From an uncultured Sneathiellales bacterium (lineage in GTDB: Bacteria; Pseudomonadota; Alphaproteobacteria; CAYFNG01), in the NCBI GenBank assembly GCA_964344385.1, contig CAYFNG010000001.1, forward strand, positions 621,273-685,272: a stretch of DNA of 64,000 bases, in the 5' to 3' direction. Each line of letters starts with the position of its first letter. Within the stretch, counting starts at the first letter, position 1. This document shows, piece after piece, positions 48,484 through 58,972 of the stretch. The translations under genes were made by a program, and so were the position numbers. The notes below the pieces were generated by a model. It worked only from the letters and a program-made list of their open reading frames with translations. It searched no databases and was not told the DNA's origin.

Positions 48484-48705
48484 CTTTCAACAATCAGCAG
48501 TTAGACCTCCGCCCCCGTCCCCGGGGACACCATTTGGCATAAATTCGGGGCGTGCGCCAGCCACGAAACCGCCGGCCGGGCCGCGCTTTGGCACGCCAAT
48601 CGGGTTGGTTTCCCGCGAAAAGACGATTTGTAGCATCGGTCACATCGGTCCTCCAGGGCCGTCCCTAAGCTGCTTACCACACCAGCGAAGCAGTGGAGGC
48701 CCGCC

Positions 48706-49341
48706 ATGTCAGATCGATACCAGCCAACCGCAAGGCGGCACATTTCGATTTTCCTGGCGGCACTTGTCTTGGCCGCCATCGCCACCGGCGCCGCCTCGGC
48801 CGCCGCCAACCAGATGGAAGCCGCCCAACGGTTTGTCGCCCTGCTCAGCCGCCAGGCGGTGTCGATCCTGGAAGATCCGGCGCTTTCTAAGCCTGAGAAG
48901 AAAACGGCGTTCCGTACCCTGTTGACCCGCGAATTCGACCTGGCAACCACCGGCCGCGTGGTTCTGGGGCCCTATTGGCGCCGCGCCAGCGCCAAGCAGC
49001 GCCAACGTTATATCGACCTTTTCGAGGCCCATATCATGGCGATCTACGTCAACCGCCTGGTTGAATTGCCCACCCTGAAGGTCGAGATCACCGAGGCCCG
49101 CGCGATCGGCGGCCGCGAGACCATGGTCATCAGCACGGTTTCCTCGCCAAGAGCGGGACAGCCGATCCGCATAGGTTGGCGGGTCGCGCGCCAGAACCGT
49201 CAGCACAAGGTGGTCGACCTGATCATCGAAGGCGTCAGCATGGCGCTGTCCAAACGCACCGAATTTCAAGCCCTGTTGAACCGTCATGGCGGGCGCCTGG
49301 AGGCGTTGCTGGTCGCCATGAGTACCAACACGGCGATTTGA
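48706..49341 (+). CDS. MlaC/Ttg2D-like periplasmic lipid-binding protein (ABC transporter auxiliary component)
   Basis: 211 aa. Signal peptide, then a sequence reminiscent of the MlaC (toluene-tolerance) family (FDLATTGRVVLGPYWRRASAKQRQRYIDLF). Confidence 0.6.
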   Translation: MSDRYQPTARRHISIFLAALVLAAIATGAASAAANQMEAAQRFVALLSRQAVSILEDPALSKPEKKTAFRTLLTREFDLATTGRVVLGPYWRRASAKQRQRYIDLFEAHIMAIYVNRLVELPTLKVEITEARAIGGRETMVISTVSSPRAGQPIRIGWRVARQNRQHKVVDLIIEGVSMALSKRTEFQALLNRHGGRLEALLVAMSTNTAI

Positions 49342-49434
49342 CCCGGAATTCCCGACGTCGGTGGCTCCCCGACCGCCGGCGCGGGATGGCTCGGAGAGTA
49401 CAAAGGCTCTCCAGCACCTCTCTCCCAAACTCAA

Positions 49435-49466
49435 CCGGCGCCTGGTGGCGCCGGCTTTCTTTTTTG
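49435..49466 (+). terminator. rho-independent terminator
   Basis: CCGGCGCC-TGGT-GGCGCCGG perfect 8-bp GC stem, followed by CTTTCTTTTTTGG. Lies between the convergent MlaC-like and adhesin genes. Confidence 0.6.
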
Positions 49467-49480
49467 GGTCTGATGGCGTT

Positions 49481-52400
49481 TCAGGCCAGCGGTCCCACGA
49501 CCTGGAAGTCGGCGTCCGTCAGGATCTGCAAGGTGCCGACATTGGCCAGGATGGTATAACCGTCGGCCGCACCGTTTGCGTCATAGATCAGGTTGCCGAC
49601 ACCGTCCTGGATCAACGCCGCGGCCCCGGCGTCAAAGGCGGTGTTGGACCCGGTCGCGATATTGGCGCCGTTATATTCGACGCCGGAATCCAGGACCGAG
49701 AAATTCACCCCCGTCGTCACCGCGGTCAAACCAAAGGCGGCGCCCAGCAACTCGATGATATCGCCGGATATGGCGCTGAAATCGGCGATGAAATCGCCCG
49801 AAACGCCGGATGCGCTGACCGTCTGGTTCAGGGCCACGCTGCCGCCGTCGGTTAGGGCCGAGAACGCAAAGGTATCCGCCCCCAGACCGCCGCTCAACAC
49901 ATCCGCGCCGGCCCCGCCTGCGATACGGTCATCGCCGTCGTCGCCGAACAGGACTTGGCTGCCGTTGCCGCCGATCAGGGTATCGGCGTGCATCGAACCA
50001 ACAAGCTGGCTGACGCCGCCGGTAAAGGTGTCGGTGCCGATGCCCGCGAGATCGCCCTGCTTGGCGAAGTCCGTCGACTGGGCCGAGCCCGCTCCACCGG
50101 CGTTCAGAGTCGCGGTGACGCCGGCCAAGGCATCCCAATAACTGACCGCCGTGCCGCCGTTGCCGGTGATCAGGTCATCGCCACCGCCGCCGGTGAATGT
50201 GTTGAACGTGATCAAGGTACCACCGAACCCCGTGGCATCGTAGGTGTCCGCGAATTCGGTGCCGACGATGGATTCGATGTTGACCAGCGTATCGGTCCCG
50301 ACCGAAACGTCGCCGGTGACCGTACCGGTCGCCATGTTGACCGCAATACCGCCAGTAATGTCGCCAGGCAGCCAACCTTCGTAGGACACCGTGTCGAAGC
50401 CCGTGCGCCCGTCGAACACGTCGTTGCCGGCCTGGCCCTCGAACCAGTTGTCACCGGCATCGCCGGACAGTTTGTCGTCGAAGCTCGACCCGTAAACTTC
50501 ACCAATATTTAGCAAGGTGTCCACCGAACCGAACCCGTCCGTCGCGGTGCCGGCGCCCAGGTCGACCACCACGCCCGCCGGATCGTCGGCATAGGACACG
50601 GCGGCAAAACCGATGCCCCCGTCGATCACGTCCGCGCCGCCCTGGCCCTGGAACGCGATATCACCGGCGCCGCCGATCAGCGTGTCATCGAAATTGGAGC
50701 CGAGAACCGCCCCGATCCCGGTGAAGGTGTCGATCCCGACATTGGCCAGGTCGCCGGCCACCGTTCCCGCAGCCGTGCCGGCGCCGTTGTCGACCTTGAC
50801 CGTGACGCCGGCGGTCGCCCGCCCGTATTCGATGCGGAAGTCGCCGTTGCCGGTGATCGTGTCATTGCCGCCCAGGCCCTCGAAGGTGTTGATGGGGCCG
50901 AAACTGCCGCTGAAATTAGTACTGTCGTAGATATCGTCGAAGTTCGTGCCGACCACCTGCTCGATATTGGTCAGGGCGTCGGCTTCCTCGTACACGCCGT
51001 CACTGTCGCGGTCGACCTGCGCCGTACCGACACCGTCCAACCCGTAGCTCACCTTTATCGGCCCGGTGGCCTGGCTGTAGTCCGCCATGTCCAAACCGGC
51101 GCCGCCGTCCAGCACGTCATTCCCGGCCCCACCGATCAACAGGTCGTTGCCGGCCAGGCCAACCAGAGCGTTGCCGCCGGCATCGCCGACGATTCTGTCG
51201 GCGAAGGACGTGCCTCTGACATTTTCGATATTGGCCAGCTTGTCGGTACCGCCCTGGCCATCGGTCGCGGTTCCCGCCACCAGGTCGGCCACGATACCGG
51301 TGGTCGCGGAGAAATCGTAGCGCACCCGGTCGATCCCGGCGCCGCCGTCGATGGCGTCATTGCCGCCACCGCCCCAGAAACTGTTGTTGGTTTCATCGCC
51401 GATAAAGGTGTCGGCAAAGTCCGTGCCGCGAATGCGTGTGACGCCACCGGTAAAGGTGTCGGACCCGATACCGGCCGTGTCGCCGTTGGTGGCGAAGTCG
51501 GAGGACTGGGCGGTGCCGGCGCCACCGCCGGTCAGGGTTACCGTCACGCCGGCCAGCGCACCGTCATATTCAACCCTTGTGTTGCCGTTACCGGTGACCA
51601 GGTCGTCGCCGCCTAGGCCGCGAAAGGCGTTGAATTCCGGCGCACCAGCACCAAAACCGGTGGCATCATAGGTATCGGCGAATTCGGTGCCGCGGATCCG
51701 CTCGATGCTGATCAGGGTATCGGTGCCCACCGACGCATCGCCGGTCACGGTACCGGCCGCCATCTTGGCAACGATACCACCGGTGACTTCACCGTTCTTC
51801 CAGTCGTTATAAGCGGCCGAATCAAACCCGAGGCCGCCATCGATGATGTCATCGCCGGTGCGGCCCCACAGCCAATTGTCGCCGGCGTCGCCAGTCAGCC
51901 GGTCGGCAAAATCCGAACCGACGGCGCTTTCGATGCTGATCAGGGTGTCGATGGACCCATAGCCGTCAACCGCGGTTCCGGCCGACAGATCGACGGTCAC
52001 GCCGGCCGGTGCCCAGGTATAGACGGCCTGATCGAATCCGGTGCCGCCGTTGATGATGTCGGCACCACCCCGGCCTTCGAACTGTTCGTAGGAATCGTTG
52101 CCACCACCGGTCAACTGGTCGGCAAAGTCAGAGCCCCGCACCCGGGCAACCCCGGTAAAGGTGTCGGTGCCGACATTGGCGACGTCACCGGCCGCAGTTC
52201 CGTGGGCGATGCCGGCCCCGAAATCGACGGTCACACCGTCGCTCGCCCGGGAATATTCGATCCGGGTCATGCCGTTGCCGACAATGGTGTCGTCGCCACC
52301 CATTCCCTGGAACGCGTTGAACTGGCCGTGGTCGTCGCCGATATAGCCGGTGGCGTCATAGGTATCGGCATGGTTCGACCCGGTCACCCGTTCGATACTG

Positions 52401-55400
52401 ATCAGGGCGTCGGTTTCCTCGAAGGCACCGTCACTGTTGCGATCGACCCGGACGGTGCCAACGCCACTCCGGAAGCCGACGGTGATGGGGCCGGTGGATG
52501 CTGAATAGTCGGCCTCGTCAAAGCCGGTGCCGCCGTCAATCCGGTCGTTGCCGTCGCCGCCGATGAACCGCTCCCACTCATTGTTGCCGCCACCGGTCAG
52601 GGTGTCGTTGAAGGCCGATCCGACAACCGTCTCGATGCCGTCCAGCGTGTCGCTGCCGATGCCGGCAATATCGGCAGGCGCCGAGCCATAGGCGATGCCG
52701 ACGCCACCCAATCCACCGGCCCCCAGGTCGACGGTCACCGCCGCCGCGGCGCCCGAATAGTCCGCGGTGTCATTGCCGGCGCCGCCCTGCAAACTGTCGT
52801 CGCCCGCACCTCCGATCAAAAAGTCATTGCCGGTGCCACCGATCAGCGTGTCGTTGCCGCCGAGGCCCGAGATCCAGTCGTGACCGCCCTGGCCGTCGAT
52901 CACGTCCGCCGCGGCGGTGCCGATCAATTCGTCATTGCCGGCGCTGGCGATCTGTATCGCGACCGGGTCGACGTCGGACAGCACGCCATCCGACGTGGTG
53001 ACGGTCAAGGAGGCACCGATCGAACCGGCCACCGGCGTGTAGGCGAGCCCATCCAGGGTCGCGTTGACGTCGGCCAGGCTGCCGCTGATCGTCATCAACG
53101 AGGCGCCTGCCCCGTTGACGATCGCCGTTCCGGCCGCCACCGCGACCAGAGTACCAATATTGACCGCCAGCGTGACCGTGACCGGGTCACCGTCCGGATC
53201 ATCAACCGTGATCGCGTTGTTGTTGGCGGCGCTGAACACCAGGACCCCGGTGTCCGCGACGGTCTGCTGGGTCGGTACGGTATTGACCGGCGCATTGTCG
53301 TTCACCGGGCTCACCGCGACGTTCACCGTCACCGGGCCGGCGCCAGCCAAGCCATCGCTGACCGTCACCGTGAAGGCATCCTGGGTCGTTTCTGAGCCGT
53401 CATGGACGTATTGCAGCAGCCCGCCGTCGATGTCCGCCTGGCTGAAGCTGGTCACGGCTACACCGGGATTGCCAGTCAGTTCCAACCTGCCGTTCGCCGG
53501 ACCAACCGTCACCGTGTAAACAAGGTCGGCCGCGACATTATCGACATCGCTCGCCGCCAGGTCCGCGGCCGCCACCGCAATCTGGCCGCCCTCATCCACC
53601 GCCAGCCCGAGATCGCCGCCCAGCACCGGGGCATCGTTCGCTGGGCTCACCGCAACGTTCACCGTCACCGGGCCGGCCCCGGCCAACCCGTCGCTGACCG
53701 TCACCGTGAAGGCATCGGCCTGGGTCTCGCTGCCGTCATGGACGTAGCGCAGCAAACCGCCGTCGATATCGGCCTGGCTGAAACTGGTCACGGCTACACC
53801 CGCGTTGCCGGTCAGTTCCAAGCGGCCATTGGCCGGGTCTGCCGTCACCGTATAGGTCAATTCGGCCGCGACATTGTCTACGTCGGTGGCAGCCAGGTCA
53901 GCGGCGACGACAGGGACAAACCCACCTTCGTTCACCGTCAGGCCGAGATCACCCCCCAGCACCGGGGCATCGTTCGCTGGGCTCACCGCAACGTTCACCG
54001 TCACCGGGCCGGCCCCGGCCAACCCGTCGCTGACCGTCACCGTGAAGGCATCGGCCTGGGTCTCGCTGCCGTCATGGACGTAGCGCAGCAGACCGCCGTC
54101 GATATCCGCCTGGCTGAAACTGGTGACCGCAACACCCGGGTTGCCGGTCAGTTCCAAGCGGCCATTGGCCGGGTCTGCCGTCACCGTATAGGTCAATTCG
54201 GCCGCGACATTGTCTACGTCGGTGGCAGCCAGGTCAGCGGCGACGACAGGGACAAACCCACCTTCGTTCACCGTCAGGCCGAGATCACCCCCCAGCACCG
54301 GGGCATCGTTCGCTGGGCTCACCGCAACGTTCACCGTCACCGGGCCGGCCCCGGCCAACCCGTCGCTGACCGTCACCGTGAAGGCATCGGCCTGGGTCTC
54401 GCTGCCGTCATGGACGTAGCGCAGCAGACCGCCGTCGATATCCGCCTGGCTGAAACTGGTGACCGCAACACCCGGATTGCCGGTCAGTTCCAATCGGCCG
54501 TTCGCCGGGCCTGCCGTCACCGTGTAGGTCAATTCGGCCGCGACGTTATCCACGTCGCTCGCCGCCAGGTCAGCGGCGACGACGGAGACTTGGCCACCCT
54601 CATTCACCGCCAAGCCGAGATCGCCGCCAAGTATCGGCGCATCGTTGACCGGGCTTACCGCGACGTTCACCGTCACCGGGCCAGCCCCAGCCAAGCCGTC
54701 ACTCACCGTGACGGTGAAGGCATCGGCCTGGGTCTCGCTGCCGTCATGGACGTAGCGCAGCAGACCACCGTCGATATCGGCCTGGCTGAAACTGGTCACG
54801 GCTACACCCGCGTTGCCGGTCAGTTCCAAGCGGCCATTGGCCGGGTCTGCCGTCACCGTATAGGTCAATTCGGCCGCGACATTGTCTACGTCGGTGGCAG
54901 CCAGGTCAGCGGCGACGACAGGGACAAACCCACCTTCGTTCACCGTCAGGCCGAGATCACCCCCCAGCACCGGGGCATCGTTCGCTGGGCTCACCGCAAC
55001 GTTCACCGTCACCGGGCCGGCCCCGGCCAACCCGTCGCTGACCGTCACCGTGAAGGCATCGGCCTGGGTCTCGCTGCCGTCATGGACGTAGCGCAGCAAA
55101 CCGCCGTCGATATCGGCCTGGCTGAAACTGGTCACGGCTACACCCGCGTTGCCGGTCAGTTCCAATCGGCCGTTCGCCGGGCCTGCCGTCACCGTGTAGG
55201 TCAATTCGGCCGCCGTGTTGTCCGTATCCGTGGCGGCCAGATCAGCGGCGGCAACGGAGACAAGCCCGCCTTCGTTCACCGCCAGTCCGAGATCGCCACC
55301 CAGCACCGGGGCTTCGTTCACCGCCGACACGTTGATCGTCACCGTCACCGGGGCGCTGCTGTTCAGGCCGTCGCTTGCCGTGTAGGTGAAACTGTCCTGG

Positions 55401-58400
55401 CCATTGAAACCCGCCGCCGGCGTATAAGTGAAGCTGCCGTCCGGGTTCAACGTCAACGTCCCGTTGGCCGGGCCGGTCCCCAGTACCGCGCTCAGCGTGT
55501 CGCCGTCCAGGTCCACGTCGTTGGCCAGCACCCCGGTGGCGGCCGCCACCGTCAGCGTCCCGCCCTCGGCAACCCGGTAACTGTCCGCCGCTCCCACCGG
55601 CGCATTGTCGTTGACCGGGCTCACCGCGACGTTCACCGTCACCGGACCGGCCCCGGCCAAGCCATCGCTGACCGTCACCGTGAAGGCATCGGCTGTGGTC
55701 TCGCTGCCATCATGGACGTATTGCAGCAACCCGCCGTCGATATCGGCCTGGCTGAAACTGGTGACCGCAACACCGGGATTGCCGGTTAGTTCCAAGCGGC
55801 CGTTCGTTGGACCGACCGTCACCGTGTAGGTCAGGTCCAACGCCGGGGTTTCCGCATCGCTGGCCGCCAAATCCACCACCGTCACGGAGACCAGGCCGCC
55901 CTCGTTTACCGCCAGGCCGAGATCGCCGCCAAGTATCGGCGCGTCGTTCACCGGACTCACCGCGACGTTTACCGTCACCGGGTCGGCGCCCGCCAGGCCG
56001 TCACTCACCGTGACGATGAAGGAATCCTGGGACGCCTCGCTACCGTCATGCACATACCGCAGTAGACCACCGTCGATATCGGCCTGGCTGAAGCTGGTGA
56101 CCGCAACGCCGGGATTGCCGGTCAGTTCCAACCGGCCGTTCGCGGGACCAGCCATCACCGTGTAAATCAATTCGGCGGCGGTGTTGTCGATATCCGTGGC
56201 CGCCAGGTCGGTGGCAGAGACGGAGACCAAACCTCCCTCCTCAACCGCCAGTCCAAGATCGCCACCCAGGACCGGGGCGTCATTAGCTGGGCTCACCGCG
56301 ACGTTCACCGTCACCGGACCGGCACCGGCCAGGCCGTCGCTCACCGTGACGGTGAAGGCATCGGCCTGGGTCTCGCTGCCGTCATGGACGTAGCGCAGCA
56401 GACCACCGTCGATATCCGCCTGGCTAAAGCTGGTCACGGCTACACCCGGATTGCCGGTCAGTTCCAACCTGCCGGTCGCCGGGCCTGCCGTCACCGTGTA
56501 GGTCAATTCGGCCGCGATATTGTCTACGTCGGTGGCAGCCAGATCGGCAGCAGCAATGGAGACAAACCCGCCTTCGTTCACCGCCAGGCCGAGATCGCCG
56601 CCCAGGACCGGGGCGTCATTAGCTGGGCTCACCGCGACGTTCACCGTCACCGGACCGGCACCAGCCAAGCCGTCACTCACCGTGACGGTGAAGGCATCGG
56701 CCTGGGTCTCACTGCCGTCATGGACGTAGCGCAGCAGACCACCGTCGATATCCGCCTGGCTGAAGCTGGTCACGGCTACACCCGGATTGCTGGTCAGCTC
56801 CAGCCGGCCGTTCGCCGGACCGACCGTCACCGTGTAGGTCAATTCGGCCGCCGTGTTGTCCACGTCAGCGGCAGCCAGGTCGACAGCAGCGATGGAGACA
56901 AACCCGCCTTCGTTCACCGCCAGGCCGAGATCGCCGCCAAGTATCGGCGCATCGTTGACCGGGCTCACCGCGACGTTCACCGTCACCGGACCGGCCCCAG
57001 CCAAGCCGTCACTCACCGTGACGGTGAAGGCATCGGCCAGGGTCTCGCTGCCGTCGTGGACGTAGCGCAGCAAACCACCATCGATGTCGGCCTGGCTGAA
57101 GCTGGTCACCGCCACGCCGGGATTGCTGGTCAGCTCCAGCCGGCCGTTCGCCGGGCCGGCCGTCACCGTGTAGATCAGTTCGGCCGCCGTGTTGTCCACG
57201 TCAGCGGCAGCCAGGTCGACAGCAGCAATGGAGACAAACCCGCCTTCATTGACCGCCACGCCAAGATCGCCGCCCAGGACCGGCGGCAGGTTGGCGGGAG
57301 GCGATGGCGGCGGCGTGGGCGGCGACGGCGGGGTTGGTGGCGGGGCCGAGTTCGGGTCACTCGTCCCCGACGACGAGCCGCCGGTGGTTCCCCCGCCACC
57401 GCTCGGCGGTGGTGACGCAGGGTCGGTAAACACGGTCTCCTGCTGGGTATCGGTCGTCGGCAGGGTCGGGTCGGTGGCCGGTGGCGGGCTGGGCAGCGGC
57501 GCCGGCGGAACGATCGGGTCGGGCGTGGCCGCCACCGGGTCGCCCAACAGCCCCTGAAAGCCGCCAGCCGGCGTGCCGGGGCCGGCGGCCGGCGTGGTAT
57601 CGGCCGGGTTGGCCGGGGCCGTCCCCGGCACGGCCGTTCCCGGCTCGGGATCCTGGGCCCCGGCCTCGGGCGCCACATCGACCGGAACGAACGTCCGCAG
57701 GGCCGCGGCCACGATGCGGTCGGCTTCCTCGGCCGTCAGCAGGACCGGATCGGACGGCGGCAGGTTCAGACTGGTCGAGCTGATTTGCGAATTGGCCCTC
57801 GAAAGGACCGAGATACCGGCGTTGTTCGAAAACACCACCTGGCCGACATGGCCATCGGCCTCCTGGAACAGGATGACCCGGGTTTCGTTGCTGCAGATCC
57901 GGGTGGCATTGACCGCATCCACCGTGCATTCGACGCTCACCTCGCCACCCACCTGGGTGCCGCGAATGCCGATCGTTCCGGTCGGGGTCTTGACGGTCAT
58001 GGCGTCGTCGCCCGAACCGGCGATCTTGCCGGTGACGAAGATGAAGGTGCCCTGAAGCACCGAAAAGACACTGCTGCCCTGCTCCGAAGCCGGGTTGAAG
58101 ATCAGTTCGTTCAGCACCAGCCGGGCGTTGTCGCCCAAGGAAAAGGTCGTGTTGTCGACGAACAACAGGCCGACCGCCGCCCCGCTGCCGGTTTCGAGCA
58201 CATCGCCCTGGAATACGTCGGACCCGACCTCAAGCGCCACCCGGGTGCCGTCCGCCCGGGTCGCGAACACCTGGCCTTCGATCTGGTTGACCTGCCCGAT
58301 GGCCTGGTCGGTACCCGGCGCCGTGGCCTGCGCATATTGACCGGGGGCCCGGGGGCCGGCCAACAGGGTCGCGTCTTCCGGTGCCACGACCGCCCCAGCC

Positions 58401-58636
58401 TCGGTCGACAGGATCGGCGGTTGGTCGGTCAGGAAATAGCCTTTGATCAGGATCTTTTCGCCGCTGGGCAGCGACAGGACAAGGTCCGGCCCCTGGCGGA
58501 CGAAATCGGCCAGCAACAGGGTATCGCCGCCCGGGACGACCACCGTCCCGGCGTGACCGGCTTCCAAAACGGCGAGGAAATTCTCGCCCCCCAAGCCGCG
58601 CAACCCATTTAACCATGAGCTATGGTTAATGCTCAC
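49481..58636 (-). CDS. giant RTX-family adhesin, putative T1SS substrate
   Basis: 3051 aa. GTG start behind AGGAGA. Non-repeat N-terminal ~300 aa, then a Pro-rich linker (PTPPSPPTPPPSPP). Eleven ~112-aa tandem modules with ...VSP(A/V)NDAP(V/I)LGGDLG... signatures, plus one divergent Ig-like module. Next come many GGxGxDxxx nonapeptide RTX repeats (LIGGTGNDFLIGGAGDDSLQGGAGND...) and a C-terminal secretion region. Confidence 0.9.
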   Translation of the reverse strand: MSINHSSWLNGLRGLGGENFLAVLEAGHAGTVVVPGGDTLLLADFVRQGPDLVLSLPSGEKILIKGYFLTDQPPILSTEAGAVVAPEDATLLAGPRAPGQYAQATAPGTDQAIGQVNQIEGQVFATRADGTRVALEVGSDVFQGDVLETGSGAAVGLLFVDNTTFSLGDNARLVLNELIFNPASEQGSSVFSVLQGTFIFVTGKIAGSGDDAMTVKTPTGTIGIRGTQVGGEVSVECTVDAVNATRICSNETRVILFQEADGHVGQVVFSNNAGISVLSRANSQISSTSLNLPPSDPVLLTAEEADRIVAAALRTFVPVDVAPEAGAQDPEPGTAVPGTAPANPADTTPAAGPGTPAGGFQGLLGDPVAATPDPIVPPAPLPSPPPATDPTLPTTDTQQETVFTDPASPPPSGGGGTTGGSSSGTSDPNSAPPPTPPSPPTPPPSPPANLPPVLGGDLGVAVNEGGFVSIAAVDLAAADVDNTAAELIYTVTAGPANGRLELTSNPGVAVTSFSQADIDGGLLRYVHDGSETLADAFTVTVSDGLAGAGPVTVNVAVSPVNDAPILGGDLGLAVNEGGFVSIAAVDLAAADVDNTAAELTYTVTVGPANGRLELTSNPGVAVTSFSQADIDGGLLRYVHDGSETQADAFTVTVSDGLAGAGPVTVNVAVSPANDAPVLGGDLGLAVNEGGFVSIAAADLAATDVDNIAAELTYTVTAGPATGRLELTGNPGVAVTSFSQADIDGGLLRYVHDGSETQADAFTVTVSDGLAGAGPVTVNVAVSPANDAPVLGGDLGLAVEEGGLVSVSATDLAATDIDNTAAELIYTVMAGPANGRLELTGNPGVAVTSFSQADIDGGLLRYVHDGSEASQDSFIVTVSDGLAGADPVTVNVAVSPVNDAPILGGDLGLAVNEGGLVSVTVVDLAASDAETPALDLTYTVTVGPTNGRLELTGNPGVAVTSFSQADIDGGLLQYVHDGSETTADAFTVTVSDGLAGAGPVTVNVAVSPVNDNAPVGAADSYRVAEGGTLTVAAATGVLANDVDLDGDTLSAVLGTGPANGTLTLNPDGSFTYTPAAGFNGQDSFTYTASDGLNSSAPVTVTINVSAVNEAPVLGGDLGLAVNEGGLVSVAAADLAATDTDNTAAELTYTVTAGPANGRLELTGNAGVAVTSFSQADIDGGLLRYVHDGSETQADAFTVTVSDGLAGAGPVTVNVAVSPANDAPVLGGDLGLTVNEGGFVPVVAADLAATDVDNVAAELTYTVTADPANGRLELTGNAGVAVTSFSQADIDGGLLRYVHDGSETQADAFTVTVSDGLAGAGPVTVNVAVSPVNDAPILGGDLGLAVNEGGQVSVVAADLAASDVDNVAAELTYTVTAGPANGRLELTGNPGVAVTSFSQADIDGGLLRYVHDGSETQADAFTVTVSDGLAGAGPVTVNVAVSPANDAPVLGGDLGLTVNEGGFVPVVAADLAATDVDNVAAELTYTVTADPANGRLELTGNPGVAVTSFSQADIDGGLLRYVHDGSETQADAFTVTVSDGLAGAGPVTVNVAVSPANDAPVLGGDLGLTVNEGGFVPVVAADLAATDVDNVAAELTYTVTADPANGRLELTGNAGVAVTSFSQADIDGGLLRYVHDGSETQADAFTVTVSDGLAGAGPVTVNVAVSPANDAPVLGGDLGLAVDEGGQIAVAAADLAASDVDNVAADLVYTVTVGPANGRLELTGNPGVAVTSFSQADIDGGLLQYVHDGSETTQDAFTVTVSDGLAGAGPVTVNVAVSPVNDNAPVNTVPTQQTVADTGVLVFSAANNNAITVDDPDGDPVTVTLAVNIGTLVAVAAGTAIVNGAGASLMTISGSLADVNATLDGLAYTPVAGSIGASLTVTTSDGVLSDVDPVAIQIASAGNDELIGTAAADVIDGQGGHDWISGLGGNDTLIGGTGNDFLIGGAGDDSLQGGAGNDTADYSGAAAAVTVDLGAGGLGGVGIAYGSAPADIAGIGSDTLDGIETVVGSAFNDTLTGGGNNEWERFIGGDGNDRIDGGTGFDEADYSASTGPITVGFRSGVGTVRVDRNSDGAFEETDALISIERVTGSNHADTYDATGYIGDDHGQFNAFQGMGGDDTIVGNGMTRIEYSRASDGVTVDFGAGIAHGTAAGDVANVGTDTFTGVARVRGSDFADQLTGGGNDSYEQFEGRGGADIINGGTGFDQAVYTWAPAGVTVDLSAGTAVDGYGSIDTLISIESAVGSDFADRLTGDAGDNWLWGRTGDDIIDGGLGFDSAAYNDWKNGEVTGGIVAKMAAGTVTGDASVGTDTLISIERIRGTEFADTYDATGFGAGAPEFNAFRGLGGDDLVTGNGNTRVEYDGALAGVTVTLTGGGAGTAQSSDFATNGDTAGIGSDTFTGGVTRIRGTDFADTFIGDETNNSFWGGGGNDAIDGGAGIDRVRYDFSATTGIVADLVAGTATDGQGGTDKLANIENVRGTSFADRIVGDAGGNALVGLAGNDLLIGGAGNDVLDGGAGLDMADYSQATGPIKVSYGLDGVGTAQVDRDSDGVYEEADALTNIEQVVGTNFDDIYDSTNFSGSFGPINTFEGLGGNDTITGNGDFRIEYGRATAGVTVKVDNGAGTAAGTVAGDLANVGIDTFTGIGAVLGSNFDDTLIGGAGDIAFQGQGGADVIDGGIGFAAVSYADDPAGVVVDLGAGTATDGFGSVDTLLNIGEVYGSSFDDKLSGDAGDNWFEGQAGNDVFDGRTGFDTVSYEGWLPGDITGGIAVNMATGTVTGDVSVGTDTLVNIESIVGTEFADTYDATGFGGTLITFNTFTGGGGDDLITGNGGTAVSYWDALAGVTATLNAGGAGSAQSTDFAKQGDLAGIGTDTFTGGVSQLVGSMHADTLIGGNGSQVLFGDDGDDRIAGGAGADVLSGGLGADTFAFSALTDGGSVALNQTVSASGVSGDFIADFSAISGDIIELLGAAFGLTAVTTGVNFSVLDSGVEYNGANIATGSNTAFDAGAAALIQDGVGNLIYDANGAADGYTILANVGTLQILTDADFQVVGPLA
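53300..57320. repeat. tandem 336-bp DNA repeats (about 11-12 copies, several copies identical over >200 bp) inside the adhesin gene
   Basis: Identical 69-aa antisense ORFs recur at 53874, 54210 and 54882 (336-bp or 672-bp spacing), with near-identical ones at 56181, 56520 and 56853. Boundaries approximate. Confidence 0.8.
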
Positions 58637-58723
58637 GCCCGTCTCCTGTTATCTTTATTGAGAAAATCCCCAGTTAAAAATCGGGATTTCCCGTTTTTTC
58701 TTACTTGTTACTTGCACGATCTG

Positions 58724-58746
58724 ATTTGATAAGAAGCTTATCAAAT
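58724..58746. promoter_or_regulatory. inverted repeat ATTTGATAAG-N3-CTTATCAAAT in the adhesin/tolC divergent region (candidate operator)
   Basis: Perfect 10-bp arms read directly. AT-rich context 88-110 nt upstream of the adhesin start. Confidence 0.3.
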
Positions 58747-58859
58747 TCTGCTAAAATACACAACCACTTCGACTGTTAACTAAGCCCGGACGATTCTTAA
58801 GAAGGTCGACGGATGAAACCAAGTAGCACGCATGTGCTTTATTCAACTTATAATTGTTG

Positions 58860-58869
58860 CATTGCAATG
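58860..58869. promoter_or_regulatory. 10-bp perfect palindrome CATTGCAATG (candidate operator) upstream of tolC-like gene
   Basis: Read directly. Flanked by TTG..TAA partial extension. Confidence 0.25.
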
Positions 58870-58972
58870 TAATCTGAAAAACGGTATCCAGACCGTCTGC
58901 ACAAAAACAAAACCCGGCCCACAGCCCCGGGATCGGCAAGCAGATAAAACGCGCAGCGCGGGGAGACGGAAG

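Noticed and set aside
53402-57415. Long plus-strand ORFs (795 aa, 343 aa and repeated 69-70-aa ORFs) inside the adhesin region
   Set aside because: They are antisense to the RTX adhesin. They have Arg/Gly/His-rich low-complexity translations typical of GC-rich antisense frames. The minus-strand frame carries coherent domain and RTX motifs.
57300-57480. Pro-rich PTPPSPPTPPPSPP segment flagged as a possible separate low-complexity gene or repeat
   Set aside because: It lies in-frame within the adhesin ORF between the N-terminal domain and the first cadherin-like module. It is most simply a linker.
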